DNA of 64,000 nt from an uncultured Lachnospiraceae bacterium (GTDB lineage Bacteria; Bacillota; Clostridia; Lachnospirales; Lachnospiraceae), in the NCBI GenBank assembly GCA_900316805.1, contig ONEJ01000017.1, positions 2,410 to 66,409 of the forward strand, in the 5' to 3' direction. The notes beneath the pieces are model-generated. The model saw nothing but the letters and a program-made list of their open reading frames with translations. It ran no database searches and was not told where the DNA came from. How positions within the stretch are numbered: position 1 is the stretch's first letter; each line of letters begins with the position of its first letter. The translations under genes and the position numbers were made by a program. This document shows, piece after piece, positions 42,439 through 52,751 of the stretch.

Positions 42439-43215
42439 CTATTCTGCTTGCGCTGGACCATCAACTGTTGCAAAAACATTATTGGTACCCTTCTTGATAC
42501 TGCCGGCATCCGGACTCTCATATACCTTATCCGTTCCGGTCAGATAGTAACGGTTAATGTTAAGATTTCCTACAAGTTTACCGGATTCCTGATCAAATGA
42601 GAGTGAGATTCCCGAAATATTCTGCTTATCCTCATCATCAAGAATCTCCTGCACGATCTTCTTCAGATCACGATAGCCGGTGTTAAAATCATAGCTGACT
42701 GCCATCTGAAACAGGTTATAATCCGGCTTTACTACACTAGCCTCATCGATAATACCAAGAGAAGGATCCATGCCTGTATCAACAGCAGCTACAGTACCTT
42801 CTGTATTTTCACCCTCTGCCGGTGTTTCCTCAACCGGTGCTGCAGCCGGTGCTGCGTTCATGGCATAGATCAGATTTCCAGCGGTCACACCGATACTGTT
42901 TACCTTCAGATCAGAGGTATCCTGCAGTTCTTTCGCATAGAGGATTACATCCTCGGGACGAACCTCAACCGGAAACTGACTGATAATCTGTGCATTCTCC
43001 TCCTGGAATAACCGGGACTGCTCCTCGTAGGTTGCCTGATTGGCTTCCAATCCTTCAATTTCTGCGAGATTTGCGGATAACTGGTCATTTACCGCCTTCA
43101 GCTGATCATGCTTATCATCCAAAGAAGGCTTGATTACAGCAATTGCAATCAAAAGAACCAGAACCCCTACTCCGTAAAAAATAAATTTAATATATTTGGT
43201 TGGTAATTTTTTCAT
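42439..43215 (-). CDS. pilO: PilO-like alignment protein
   Basis: N-terminal TM, coiled coil, position after pilMN. Confidence 0.65.
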   Translation of the reverse strand: MKKLPTKYIKFIFYGVGVLVLLIAIAVIKPSLDDKHDQLKAVNDQLSANLAEIEGLEANQATYEEQSRLFQEENAQIISQFPVEVRPEDVILYAKELQDTSDLKVNSIGVTAGNLIYAMNAAPAAAPVEETPAEGENTEGTVAAVDTGMDPSLGIIDEASVVKPDYNLFQMAVSYDFNTGYRDLKKIVQEILDDEDKQNISGISLSFDQESGKLVGNLNINRYYLTGTDKVYESPDAGSIKKGTNNVFATVDGPAQAE

Positions 43216-43227
43216 CGTCTCTGCCTC

Positions 43228-44868
43228 CTACTGCTGGGTTTCCTGTGTCTGTTCATCTGCTGCCGGTTCTGTACTCTCTTCTACAACCGGCTTATAAGTT
43301 ATGGACACGCTGAAATCAACGGTCTTCACACCATTTTCATTCTGTTGCTCGGTAATTCCACTACATTCCACATTTTCGACCGTATCGAAATTACGCAGCT
43401 GTATCAAAGTCTCAGCTGCAGACTGCTTAGATGCACAGGAAAGTGAAAGGGAAATTGAGCTGTCTGACACACTCATATTGGTTACCACCAAGTCCGCCGG
43501 AAGCTTCTTCTCCATCTCCGCAATCAAATCCAGAAATGCATCATTGGGTGTATTAGAACTCTGCTCGATAGCAACCACACCGTCATGAATGACCTTATCC
43601 GTTATGTACTGATTGTAGGTATCAATAACCGGCTGCTTGGACTTAATCGTATTCTGCAGCTGTCTATTATTTGCACTGAGCAGAAGATTGGACATCAGAC
43701 CAGTTACCACTACAACCACCGCAATTGCCACGCAGCCTCCACAGATAATAATAGGAAGTCTTACGGATTCCTTTTCTGCTGCCTTCTCCTTCTCTGCCAA
43801 AGTGAAATTAAGTGGGCTGATGGCAGCTCCAATACAGGAGTAGTACTCAGCAAGATGGAATCTCTGTGCGGAAAGGGATCTGGTAACATCCGAAGATCCA
43901 AAGCTCTTCACCGTAGTCACATCGACACCCAATTCGTTAGTTAACAATCTGTCAAGACCCTGACAGTCCGCACCGAGACCTACCAAAGAAATATGATTAA
44001 TCTCCACATCCGTATTTCGGGAAGCAAAATAATCCAGCACACGGGAAATATTGTTGACCAGCATCGTCAAGGAACTTGTAATCTTGTCCTTCGCCGTCAG
44101 TGAAGCCCCTGCTGTGTCTACCGTCTTCGGACGAAGCTGCTCATTGAAGCAGAGGTTCATCTGCATCTGGGTCAGAGTCTGTATATAGGTAGCCCCCGGC
44201 TTCACCAGCGTACTTTCTCTCATGGCAAATACCGCATCATCGATACCATAGCCGATATTACGCTGCAGGATGACCTTGCTGTCTTTAATAATGGTAATCA
44301 TAGAGGTGTTGTCATCAATACAGATGGATGCAGATAACTCCGGTGACATACTATGGGTCATGGCCTGGTAAATACTGTTACCATAATAATCGATTGCTAC
44401 CAGCTGCAGATCCAAGGCCTTTGCCAGTGTCTGGTAAGAATTGATCAATGTATTTGGAACTGCATATACAGACAATGCCATCTGTTTCTGTGCTTTGTCC
44501 GTGGAAATCACACGATATACCAGCTGGTACTGTGCCAGATCTACCGGGAAATAATCCTTGGAATTTGCCATCAGCAGAGACTTAATCTTGGTCTCCTTTA
44601 CCCGAGGAATTGTAATCTCACGGTTTGCTACTCGTCCGGAGGTCATAGTAAATACGACACGGTTGTTCTGAATACCATTCTCACTCATGCCCTGCTTTAC
44701 CATATTGACAAAGCTCTCTGTTACATTGACACCATTGTCATCCAGAATTCCTTCCGGTGTCTCAAAGGTAAAGGCATGGTATACCTTCGGGGTTTTTGCC
44801 TCGTAGTCTACCTCCGCTACATGTGTGACACTGTCACCAATCTTAAAACTAATAACTTTTCCAGCCAT
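43228..44868 (-). CDS. pilM: PilM-PilN fusion protein
   Basis: Actin-like PilM region, ISRVLDYF, C-terminal TM and PilN-like domain. Confidence 0.8.
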   Translation of the reverse strand: MAGKVISFKIGDSVTHVAEVDYEAKTPKVYHAFTFETPEGILDDNGVNVTESFVNMVKQGMSENGIQNNRVVFTMTSGRVANREITIPRVKETKIKSLLMANSKDYFPVDLAQYQLVYRVISTDKAQKQMALSVYAVPNTLINSYQTLAKALDLQLVAIDYYGNSIYQAMTHSMSPELSASICIDDNTSMITIIKDSKVILQRNIGYGIDDAVFAMRESTLVKPGATYIQTLTQMQMNLCFNEQLRPKTVDTAGASLTAKDKITSSLTMLVNNISRVLDYFASRNTDVEINHISLVGLGADCQGLDRLLTNELGVDVTTVKSFGSSDVTRSLSAQRFHLAEYYSCIGAAISPLNFTLAEKEKAAEKESVRLPIIICGGCVAIAVVVVVTGLMSNLLLSANNRQLQNTIKSKQPVIDTYNQYITDKVIHDGVVAIEQSSNTPNDAFLDLIAEMEKKLPADLVVTNMSVSDSSISLSLSCASKQSAAETLIQLRNFDTVENVECSGITEQQNENGVKTVDFSVSITYKPVVEESTEPAADEQTQETQQ

Positions 44869-44958
44869 ATTTCTTCTCCCTGTTTTATTTATTAATTTAT
44901 ACCTTCCTACAACCGCGGGATGCCCGCGCCCATAAGAAGATATACATTCTCACGTCGG

Positions 44959-45720
44959 TTACCCCAGAAATAATTGTAAATACATGGAAATCCACTTGTC
45001 TCCCCAGAGGGCGGCAAGGAAAATTCCCATTGCAAGATAAGGTCCCAAAGCCAGTACATGCTCTGCATGGGATACTTTCATGCGAATCGTATGGATTACA
45101 GAACCTAGAATCGAGCCCAAAATCATTGCCAGAACAATATTTTTCCAGCCCAGCAATAGTCCGGCAGCCGCCATAAGCTTCACATCGCCGCCGCCAATGG
45201 CTCGTCCCTTACTGATTAGGAGGATCAGTTCCAAAGGGATACTGATTGCAAAGAGACCAATTACATATTCTGCCCAATTGTGATAATCAAGCACAATATG
45301 AATCAGCCCCAGCATCAGTATAAACACATTGATTCCAAAAGGAATCTCATAAGTTCTAAAATCAATGACACTCAATACAATGAGTGCTGAGACAAGGAAG
45401 CAGTACACTACACTTGTCAAATTCACGCCGTTAGCCAAGAAGACTACAACGTAAAGGATTCCATTTGCAGCCTCCACAATAGGATACTGTGCGGAAATTC
45501 TGGCTTTGCATTTACGACACCTTCCTCCCAGCGCCAGCCAGCTTGCTACCGGAATCATGTCATACCACTGTAACTGATACCCGCAGCTCATGCAATGAGA
45601 GCGTTCGGTCACGATGGTCTCCTGCTTGGGTATGCGAAGTATACATACATTTAAAAAGCTTCCGACCACCAGGCCATAGAGTAACACAATGATGTAAATG
45701 GGAATCAGTTCTAAATTCAT
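44959..45720 (-). CDS. pilD: Prepilin peptidase
   Basis: GSFLNVCILRIP, RSHCMSC, GRCRKC, GGGDVKLM. Confidence 0.93.
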   Translation of the reverse strand: MNLELIPIYIIVLLYGLVVGSFLNVCILRIPKQETIVTERSHCMSCGYQLQWYDMIPVASWLALGGRCRKCKARISAQYPIVEAANGILYVVVFLANGVNLTSVVYCFLVSALIVLSVIDFRTYEIPFGINVFILMLGLIHIVLDYHNWAEYVIGLFAISIPLELILLISKGRAIGGGDVKLMAAAGLLLGWKNIVLAMILGSILGSVIHTIRMKVSHAEHVLALGPYLAMGIFLAALWGDKWISMYLQLFLG

Positions 45721-45774
45721 TTGTTTGGTGTCCTTTCATTGCACCTGTAGGGCGATGCAAAATTGTTTATATGA

Positions 45775-45803
45775 TCCGCTGCAGCTTAGGGTGCTGCAGC
45801 GGA
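45775..45803. promoter_or_regulatory. 11-bp perfect hairpin directly after pilA (stabiliser or partial terminator)
   Basis: TCCGCTGCAGC-7nt-GCTGCAGCGGA; no U-tract on the coding strand. Confidence 0.55.
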
Positions 45804-45816
45804 ATAGGATTTTTAA

Positions 45817-46260
45817 TTAGTTCCAAGCACCTGTTACTACATAGCATGTCTTGCTTTCTGAATATGAAGCTGTAATTACGTATGTCTGAGAACCATGCTT
45901 CTTAGATGATGTCTTCTTAACAAAATGACCGGCACCAGCCTTTAAAGTGTTATCCAATTCGGTCTGTAAAGCACTAGTAGTTGTTGTTACGGTTCCTGCA
46001 TTTCCAGTATATCTAACTTGAATATCGCCAGCTGTTTCTGCTACAACCTTCTGGTATACATCATCATCAGAAAGGGCGGTCTCAACTGCGTTTAATACAT
46101 CAGAAGCTGTGGTCTCATCTGTCTGGATACGAGCCTTCTCAACGTAACGTAACAGTGCCGGAGCAAGTACTACCATAAGTACTGCCATGATAGCAATTAC
46201 TACGATTAACTCTACAAGAGAGAAACCTTTGTTATTTTTCTTTGTGTTTTCCTTTTTCAT
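45817..46260 (-). CDS. pilA: Major type IV pilin
   Basis: NKG|FSLVELIVVIAIMAVL; 147 aa; strong RBS; downstream hairpin. Confidence 0.85.
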   Translation of the reverse strand: MKKENTKKNNKGFSLVELIVVIAIMAVLMVVLAPALLRYVEKARIQTDETTASDVLNAVETALSDDDVYQKVVAETAGDIQVRYTGNAGTVTTTTSALQTELDNTLKAGAGHFVKKTSSKKHGSQTYVITASYSESKTCYVVTGAWN

Positions 46261-46335
46261 TTTCTTTTTCTCCTTTTCTTTTCTTTATTTATCTTAAGGC
46301 CCCGCCCCCCTACAGGCCGAAGCTTTAATTCATGA

Positions 46336-47550
46336 TTACATACTGTCAAGGCCGTTATACATTGCAAACATCGGAGCCATAACTGCACCAATCAGCAATA
46401 CAACCACGCCCGCCAGAACCACGATAATCATAGGCTCTAAAGCCGCTAATACCGTCTGGGTTGCCATCTCTACTTCCTCATCGTAGTAGTCAGCAAGCTT
46501 ACTTAACATATCTTCCAACTCACCGGTTTCCTCACCGATTCTGGTCATATGTCCTACCATCGGCGGGAACATATCATCCGCGAGAAGTGGCTCCGAAAGC
46601 GGAACACCTCGTACCACCTCATCCTTAGCATTTTCAAGCTTCTTCTTATAAAGGTAATTCGTCATGGTACCAGCTGTAATGCCCAATGCCTCAATCAACG
46701 GAAGACCGGAATAAACCAGTGTACTTAAGGTTCTGGAGAAATTGGAAGCAGCTGACTTGATGGTCAGGTTTCCAAAAATCGGCATTTTTCTTGCAACGGT
46801 TGCAAAAAAGACCTGCCCCTGTTCCGTCTTCTTAAAGGCTTTGACGGCTGCAACAACCGCAACAACCACCAGAACAATAAGATACCATTTATGTATCACG
46901 AAATCGCTGGCAGCCACCATCGCCTTGGTTATTCCCGGAAGCTCCGTATCCAAGCTTTCGAACATCTCCGTATATTTCGGAATGACGAAGGTCAGCATCA
47001 ATACGATAACACCCAGAGCAACGAGAGCCAGCATGATCGGGTACATGGCCGATTTCTTCATAATTGCCTTCAGCTTCGCACTCTTCTCGAAATGTCCGCT
47101 CATTCGTTCAAAGGCTACCTCCAGTTTACCGGAGGCCTCACCTGCGGCAACCATCTTCACCATAATATCCGGGAATACATCCGGATACTTGGCCAGTGCA
47201 TTGGATAAGGTCTCGCCCTTTCCAATCTCATTCTTGGCTCCACCGATGGCCTTTGCCATCTTCTTGTTCTCCGTCTGTTCTTCCAGCATACCCAGAGCAT
47301 CCACAATGGTAACACCGGCATTGATCATACTGATGAACTGCCGGCAGAAGACGCTGAGATCCCGGGGCTTAATGCTGCCGCCAATACTGATATCCACATC
47401 CTTTGTAAAGATGTTGGCTTTCTTGACCTCCAGCGGAGTCAAGTTGTCTGCACGGAGTTTCGAAAATACTACATCTTCCGTGTCAGCCGTGATATTTCCT
47501 CTTTTTTCCTTGCCATACTTGTCTATGGCTCTGTAACTATATTCAGGCAT
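46336..47550 (-). CDS. pilC: Type IV pilus platform protein
   Basis: FCRQFISMINAGV, AGEASGKLE, IGEETGELEDML, LEPMII. Confidence 0.92.
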   Translation of the reverse strand: MPEYSYRAIDKYGKEKRGNITADTEDVVFSKLRADNLTPLEVKKANIFTKDVDISIGGSIKPRDLSVFCRQFISMINAGVTIVDALGMLEEQTENKKMAKAIGGAKNEIGKGETLSNALAKYPDVFPDIMVKMVAAGEASGKLEVAFERMSGHFEKSAKLKAIMKKSAMYPIMLALVALGVIVLMLTFVIPKYTEMFESLDTELPGITKAMVAASDFVIHKWYLIVLVVVAVVAAVKAFKKTEQGQVFFATVARKMPIFGNLTIKSAASNFSRTLSTLVYSGLPLIEALGITAGTMTNYLYKKKLENAKDEVVRGVPLSEPLLADDMFPPMVGHMTRIGEETGELEDMLSKLADYYDEEVEMATQTVLAALEPMIIVVLAGVVVLLIGAVMAPMFAMYNGLDSM

Positions 47551-47559
47551 TTTCTCTCC

Positions 47560-48639
47560 TTATCCTAACATGGCAGTTTTCTGTGCCATAGCATTCTGAT
47601 CATGGGAAAACAGAATTGCGTCATCCCTGGAAATAAAGTTCGTCAGTGCCAGTTCATACAGATGGTCATCCATCAGCTGCATGCCTTCCTTCTTACTGGT
47701 CTGGATCATGGAAGGAATCTGGAATGCTTTTCCTTCACGAATCAGGTTACGGATTGCAGGACTTCCCAGCATTACCTCAAAGGCAGCAACTCGTCCGCCG
47801 GAAATCTGCGGTATCAGCTGCTGGGCGATGATTCCCTCGATAACTGCAGCGAACTGAATGCGGATCTGGGGCTGCTGATGGGGCGGAAACACGTCGATAA
47901 CACGATCTACAGCTTCTGCTGCACTGTTGGTATGTAGAGTCGAGAATACCAGATGTCCGGTCTCTGCAGCAGTAATCGCCGTGGAGATTGTTTCCAGATC
48001 TCGCATCTCTCCGATCAGGATTACATCCGGATCCTCTCGAAGAGCCGCCCGGACGGCATTCGCATAACTTGTGGTATCACTTCCAACCTCTCGCTGGTCT
48101 ATGATCGACTGGTTGTGATGATGCAGGTACTCAATCGGATCCTCCATAGTGATAATATGTCTGGAGTATTTATTCGAGATTTCCTGAATCAGTGAAGCCA
48201 GTGTCGTCGACTTTCCGGAACCGGTAGCTCCGGTTACCAGCACCAGACCTCTCTTACGATTCGTCAGATCCACTACCGCTCTTGGAATTCCAAGAGTCTG
48301 GGGTGTCGGAATATTAAATGCCAGGATTCGCATGGCCAACGCGTAGGATCCGCGCTGTCTAAAAGCATTCACACGGACTCTGGTAAAACCCGGAAAAGAA
48401 TACGAAAAATCCAATTCCCCAACTTCCACTAATTCCTTCCACTGCTTCTCCGTAATCATGGACTTTGTAATTCTTTCTGTCTCTGCCTCTGTCAGCAGAT
48501 GATCCGATGCCGGAACCAATCCTCCGTCAATTCGAATCATAAGTGCACATCCCGCTACCAGATGGATATCGGATGCATGCTGTTCATCCGAATAAAGCAA
48601 GATACTTTGTGCCGTCAATTCTCCCGTCAGCAATTCCAC
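47560..48639 (-). CDS. pilT: Type IV pilus retraction ATPase
   Basis: GATGSGKSTT, LREDPDVILIGEMRD, AETGHLVFSTLHT, AIRNLIRE. Confidence 0.94.
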   Translation of the reverse strand: MELLTGELTAQSILLYSDEQHASDIHLVAGCALMIRIDGGLVPASDHLLTEAETERITKSMITEKQWKELVEVGELDFSYSFPGFTRVRVNAFRQRGSYALAMRILAFNIPTPQTLGIPRAVVDLTNRKRGLVLVTGATGSGKSTTLASLIQEISNKYSRHIITMEDPIEYLHHHNQSIIDQREVGSDTTSYANAVRAALREDPDVILIGEMRDLETISTAITAAETGHLVFSTLHTNSAAEAVDRVIDVFPPHQQPQIRIQFAAVIEGIIAQQLIPQISGGRVAAFEVMLGSPAIRNLIREGKAFQIPSMIQTSKKEGMQLMDDHLYELALTNFISRDDAILFSHDQNAMAQKTAMLG

Positions 48640-48650
48640 TTCTTATTCCC

Positions 48651-50366
48651 TCAGCTTTCCTCATCTATTGCATCATTATCGAAAGATACCTTCATCATCT
48701 CCGAGAAAGATGTAATTCCGTCAATAACAAGCTTTGATGCACCCATTCGAAGAGTCTGTAACCCTTCTGCTACAGCTACATCTTTAATTTCCTCTGCCGT
48801 TCCGTGTTTACTGATGACACGGCGGATGGCAGGAGTAATTGTCATAATCTCATAAACACCCATTCGTCCTCTGTAACCGGTACGCCCACAGTGGTCACAG
48901 CCGCAGGGTTTAAATATCTCTAATGGTTCATCCACCGGTACTCCAAGAAGCTTCTTCTCTTCTCTCGTAGCCTCCACCCGTTCCTTACAGCGTTTACAGA
49001 GTTTACGGACAAGTCGCTGGGCAATAACACCCACCATGGAATCTGCCAGCAAGTAGCTTTCAATACCCATGTCCATCAATCGGGTCAGAGTGCTGGCAGA
49101 ACTGTTTGTATGTAAGGTGCTTACTACCAAGTGTCCCGTAATTGAGGCTTGTACAGCAATCTTAGCTGTCTCAGTATCTCGAATCTCACCAATCATGATA
49201 ATATCCGGATCCTGTCGCAAGATAGAACGAAGTGCAGATGCAAAGGTAAGATCTGCTTTGTTATTGGTCTGCACCTGATTGATTCCATCGATATTTGCCT
49301 CGACAGGATCTTCGACAGTAATAATGTTAACGTTTTCTGTATTTAATTCACTTAACGCAGTATAAAGCGTGGTAGATTTACCGGAACCGGTAGGTCCGGT
49401 AACAAGGATGATTCCATTCGGATTCTTCAGAATCATATCAAACTTCTTCATCTCTTCCGGAGTAAAGCCAAGTTCGCTCTTGTCCCTGGTAAGCATCTTC
49501 TTCTGGGCAAGTCGCATAACGCATTTCTCGCCATATACCGTAGGAAGAATAGATGCTCGGATATCATACTCTGTATGATCAACCGTCATGGTAATTCGAC
49601 CGTCCTGTGGTTTTCTCTTCTCGGAAATATCCATACCGCCGATAATCTTAAGTCGCGCAATGATGGCCGGAAGCAGATGGATATCATAAGAAGCTCTCTC
49701 ATAAAGAGAACCGTCAATACGATAGCGCACGCGCACCATGCGCTCCAAAGCCTCCACGTGAATATCGGATGTTCTCTGTCTGGCCGCCTGTTCAATCATG
49801 GATCGTACCAGCTTTACAATCGGAGAGTCATTCAAATCTCCATCATCGTTCTCTTCTCTCTTCTCTTCCTCAACCTTCTTACGCTCAGCCGCGTACTTAT
49901 TCGCAGCTTCCAAGGTTTCATTATTACCATAGTAACGATCCAATGTCACCATGATTTCACGAGAAAGAGCCAGTACCGGTTCAGACTGTAAGCCCGTTGC
50001 CATGGCAAAATCATCAATTGCCGCCAGATCCATAGGATCCGCCATCGCCAGTTCAACCACACCGGGATTCCCATTATAAAATCCTATCGGAACCATCCGG
50101 TCTTTTCTCAAGATCGACGCGCTCAACAGCTTCAGTAATTCTTCCGGAATCTGGATTCCAATCAGTGAAACCGCCTGAATTCCCAACTGCTTGGACAATG
50201 TGGACATAATATCCACATCAGATATCGCTCCACTCTCAACTAATGCCTCTCCAAGACGCTTGCCAGTCTCCTTCGATGACTTCAGCGCTTTATCAAGCTG
50301 TTCCTGTGTAATCGCCCCCTCTTCGACAAGCATGTCTCCGAGACGTTTCTTCTTGCCTAGCGCCAT
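48651..50366 (-). CDS. pilB: Type IV pilus assembly ATPase with N-terminal MshEN domain
   Basis: Two RLG motifs, GPTGSGKSTT, LRQDPDIIMIGEIRD, tetra-Cys motif. Confidence 0.94.
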   Translation of the reverse strand: MALGKKKRLGDMLVEEGAITQEQLDKALKSSKETGKRLGEALVESGAISDVDIMSTLSKQLGIQAVSLIGIQIPEELLKLLSASILRKDRMVPIGFYNGNPGVVELAMADPMDLAAIDDFAMATGLQSEPVLALSREIMVTLDRYYGNNETLEAANKYAAERKKVEEEKREENDDGDLNDSPIVKLVRSMIEQAARQRTSDIHVEALERMVRVRYRIDGSLYERASYDIHLLPAIIARLKIIGGMDISEKRKPQDGRITMTVDHTEYDIRASILPTVYGEKCVMRLAQKKMLTRDKSELGFTPEEMKKFDMILKNPNGIILVTGPTGSGKSTTLYTALSELNTENVNIITVEDPVEANIDGINQVQTNNKADLTFASALRSILRQDPDIIMIGEIRDTETAKIAVQASITGHLVVSTLHTNSSASTLTRLMDMGIESYLLADSMVGVIAQRLVRKLCKRCKERVEATREEKKLLGVPVDEPLEIFKPCGCDHCGRTGYRGRMGVYEIMTITPAIRRVISKHGTAEEIKDVAVAEGLQTLRMGASKLVIDGITSFSEMMKVSFDNDAIDEES

Positions 50367-50416
50367 TTCTTCTTCTCCCCCTTAGAACGAAACATCGTTC
50401 CTCTCTGTTTACAAGT

Positions 50417-50445
50417 ATAATACCATTCCTTTACGTAAAATGCAA
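50417..50445 (-). promoter_or_regulatory. SigA-type promoter of pilus operon
   Basis: TTGCAT-17-TATTAT with TG extension on minus strand. Confidence 0.5.
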
Positions 50446-50615
50446 GTACCCATTCGGTGTTTTAACTAAATTTCACATTATTTCTAGTGCTTTTTTGTCG
50501 AAAACATACCAAATAGGAAATTGGTCACAGTTTTCCGTATGCCAAAAGATACATTTCTTCAAAAACTTTCAAAAAATACTTGCTTTTTGATAAAACCCAT
50601 GGTATAGTAATATAC

Positions 50616-50687
50616 GGTTCGTTGGTCAAGCGGTTAAGACGCCGCCCTCTCACGGCGGAAACACGGGTTCGATTCCCGTACGGACTG
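50616..50687 (+). tRNA. tRNA-Glu (CTC)
   Basis: GGTTCGTTGGTCAAGCGGTTAAGACGCCGCCCTCTCACGGCGGAAACACGGGTTCGATTCCCGTACGGACTG; TTGCTT-17-TATAGT promoter upstream. Confidence 0.96.
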
Positions 50688-50876
50688 CTCTGTTAAGAAT
50701 AACAGCCCAACCCGAAAGACATCTTTGCAAGAAGGTGTTTTTTTATTCCCCACATTTCCCAAACTTCAATTTCGTTTTTTCAAAGCACCCTTTCATTCAT
50801 GGCCAAAATCGTTTTTTCAAAGAAAAACACCCCTCTATACATAGTATGCATGTACAGAGGGGATTTTGCATATTTT

Positions 50877-51902
50877 TTATTTTATTTCATCTTCATACCC
50901 ATTGGGATTATTTTTCTGCCATCTCCAGGAATCCTCACACATTTCCCGGATGCCATACTTAGCTTTCCAGCCCAACTCACGCTCTGCTTTTCCCGGATCA
51001 CAGTAGCAGGTAGCGATATCACCGGCGCGGCGCGGTTTGATCACATAAGGGATCCTGATTCCGGTGGCTTCCTCAAAGTTCTTCACAATATCAAGAACGC
51101 TGTAGCCCTGGCCGGTTCCCAGATTATAGATACAAAGCCCTGCTTTCTCAGCAATTTTCTTCAGAGCACTGACATGTCCGCCAGCCAGATCCATCACATG
51201 AATATAGTCCCGGACTCCGGTGCCGTCCGGCGTATCATAATCATTTCCGAAAACTCCAAGTTCCTTCAGCTTTCCTACCGCCACCTGTGTGATATATGGC
51301 ATGAGATTGTTCGGAATGCCGTTAGGGTTTTCTCCCATAGTTCCGCTCGGATGTGCCCCGATGGGATTGAAATACCGAAGGAGGATGATATTCCACGCAT
51401 TATCCGCCTTATAGATGTCCATCAAAATCTGCTCCAGCATGGATTTGGTCCAGCCATAAGGATTGGTACACTGTCCCTTCGGGCACTCCTCCGTGATCGG
51501 AATTTCTGCCGGATCCCCGTACACGGTGGCCGACGAGGAAAAAATCAGATTCCTGCATCCATTCTGGCGCATCACATCCACAAGCGTCAGTGTTCCGGAG
51601 ATGTTATTGTTATAATACTCCCAGGGCTTGGAAACAGACTCTCCCACCGCCTTTAATCCCGCAAAATGAATGCAGCTGTCAATCTCACACCGGTCAAAAA
51701 TCTTCTCCAGAAGTTCCCGGTCCAGAATATCCCCCTTATAGAAGGTCACCTTTTTCCCCGTGAGCGCTTCCACTCGCTCCAGAGATTTCTCCGAAGAATT
51801 GCATAAATTGTCCAGTACGACCACTTCATATCCTGCGTTCAACAGTTCCACGCAGGTATGGCTTCCGATATATCCGGCACCGCCGGTCACTAAAATTGCC
51901 AT
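50877..51902 (-). CDS. galE: UDP-glucose 4-epimerase
   Basis: [38 protein letters not shown]. Confidence 0.97.
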   Translation of the reverse strand: MAILVTGGAGYIGSHTCVELLNAGYEVVVLDNLCNSSEKSLERVEALTGKKVTFYKGDILDRELLEKIFDRCEIDSCIHFAGLKAVGESVSKPWEYYNNNISGTLTLVDVMRQNGCRNLIFSSSATVYGDPAEIPITEECPKGQCTNPYGWTKSMLEQILMDIYKADNAWNIILLRYFNPIGAHPSGTMGENPNGIPNNLMPYITQVAVGKLKELGVFGNDYDTPDGTGVRDYIHVMDLAGGHVSALKKIAEKAGLCIYNLGTGQGYSVLDIVKNFEEATGIRIPYVIKPRRAGDIATCYCDPGKAERELGWKAKYGIREMCEDSWRWQKNNPNGYEDEIK

Positions 51903-51991
51903 TTTATCTCTCCTTTATCTTTTTCAAATATTCCTATACATTCTAGCGCAAAACGGCAATATTGTCTATGCAATCAGCACTTTTTCCTATC

Positions 51992-52023
51992 AAAAAACTC
52001 CCGGACCTTTTCTGTCCGGGAGT
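51992..52023 (-). terminator. Terminator after rplT
   Basis: ACTCCCGGAC/GTCCGGGAGT stem followed by T-run on minus strand. Confidence 0.8.
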
Positions 52024-52070
52024 ACATAATCCGCATGTGCGTAGGCAATTTGCCTTCGGCAAATTACATA

Positions 52071-52424
52071 TTACAATGCGTTCTTTGCTACTTCTGCGAG
52101 CTTTGCGAAACCTGCTGCGTCAGTTACTGCCATATCAGCGAGAACCTTACGGTTTAAATCAGCCCCTGCAAGCTTTAAGCCATGCATAAACTGGCTGTAG
52201 GAAAGTCCGTTCAGACGAGCGGCAGCGTTGATACGTGCGATCCACAGCTGACGGAACTGTCTCTTTCTCTCCTTACGTCCTGCATAAGAACTTGTTAAGG
52301 CTCTCATAACGGACTGCTTTGCTACTCTGTACTGCTTGGATCTAGCTCCTCTGTAGCCCTTTGCTAACTTTAAAGTTCTGTTATGTCTTTTCTTAGCGCC
52401 TAATCCGCCTTTTACTCTTGCCAT
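52071..52424 (-). CDS. rplT: 50S ribosomal protein L20
   Basis: [28 protein letters not shown]. Confidence 0.98.
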   Translation of the reverse strand: MARVKGGLGAKKRHNRTLKLAKGYRGARSKQYRVAKQSVMRALTSSYAGRKERKRQFRQLWIARINAAARLNGLSYSQFMHGLKLAGADLNRKVLADMAVTDAAGFAKLAEVAKNAL

Positions 52425-52534
52425 TTCTTATATCCTCCTTATATTGAACATCGGCCCATGCACAGTTCGCCTTCGGCGAAGGGCCGACGCTGCATGATAA
52501 GTTTCCGTTGGAAACTTATCACATTAACAACTTC

Positions 52535-52732
52535 TTAGATGTATGGTAAAATCTTCTTCATATTCTTAACATTTGTCTCGTCAGTCATAGCTGCTTTTCT
52601 TAAGTTTCTCTTGGTCTTTGCAGACTTCTTGGTTAAGATATGTCTCTTGTAAGCTTTATTTCTCTTTAACTTTCCGGTTCCTGTAAGTTTGAAACGTTTT
52701 GCAGCCGCTCTGCTTGTCTTCATTTTTGGCAT
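52535..52732 (-). CDS. rpmI: 50S ribosomal protein L35
   Basis: [21 protein letters not shown]. Confidence 0.98.
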   Translation of the reverse strand: MPKMKTSRAAAKRFKLTGTGKLKRNKAYKRHILTKKSAKTKRNLRKAAMTDETNVKNMKKILPYI

Positions 52733-52751
52733 TTTAATTTCCTCCTTAATT

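Noticed and set aside
50367-50615. c-di-GMP riboswitch upstream of pilus genes
   Set aside because: No class I or II consensus recognisable by eye; an Rfam scan would settle it
50770-50835. TCGTTTTTTCAAAG twice, 37 bp apart, downstream of tRNA-Glu
   Set aside because: Only two AT-rich copies between two terminators; no integrase or duplicated tRNA end to indicate an att site
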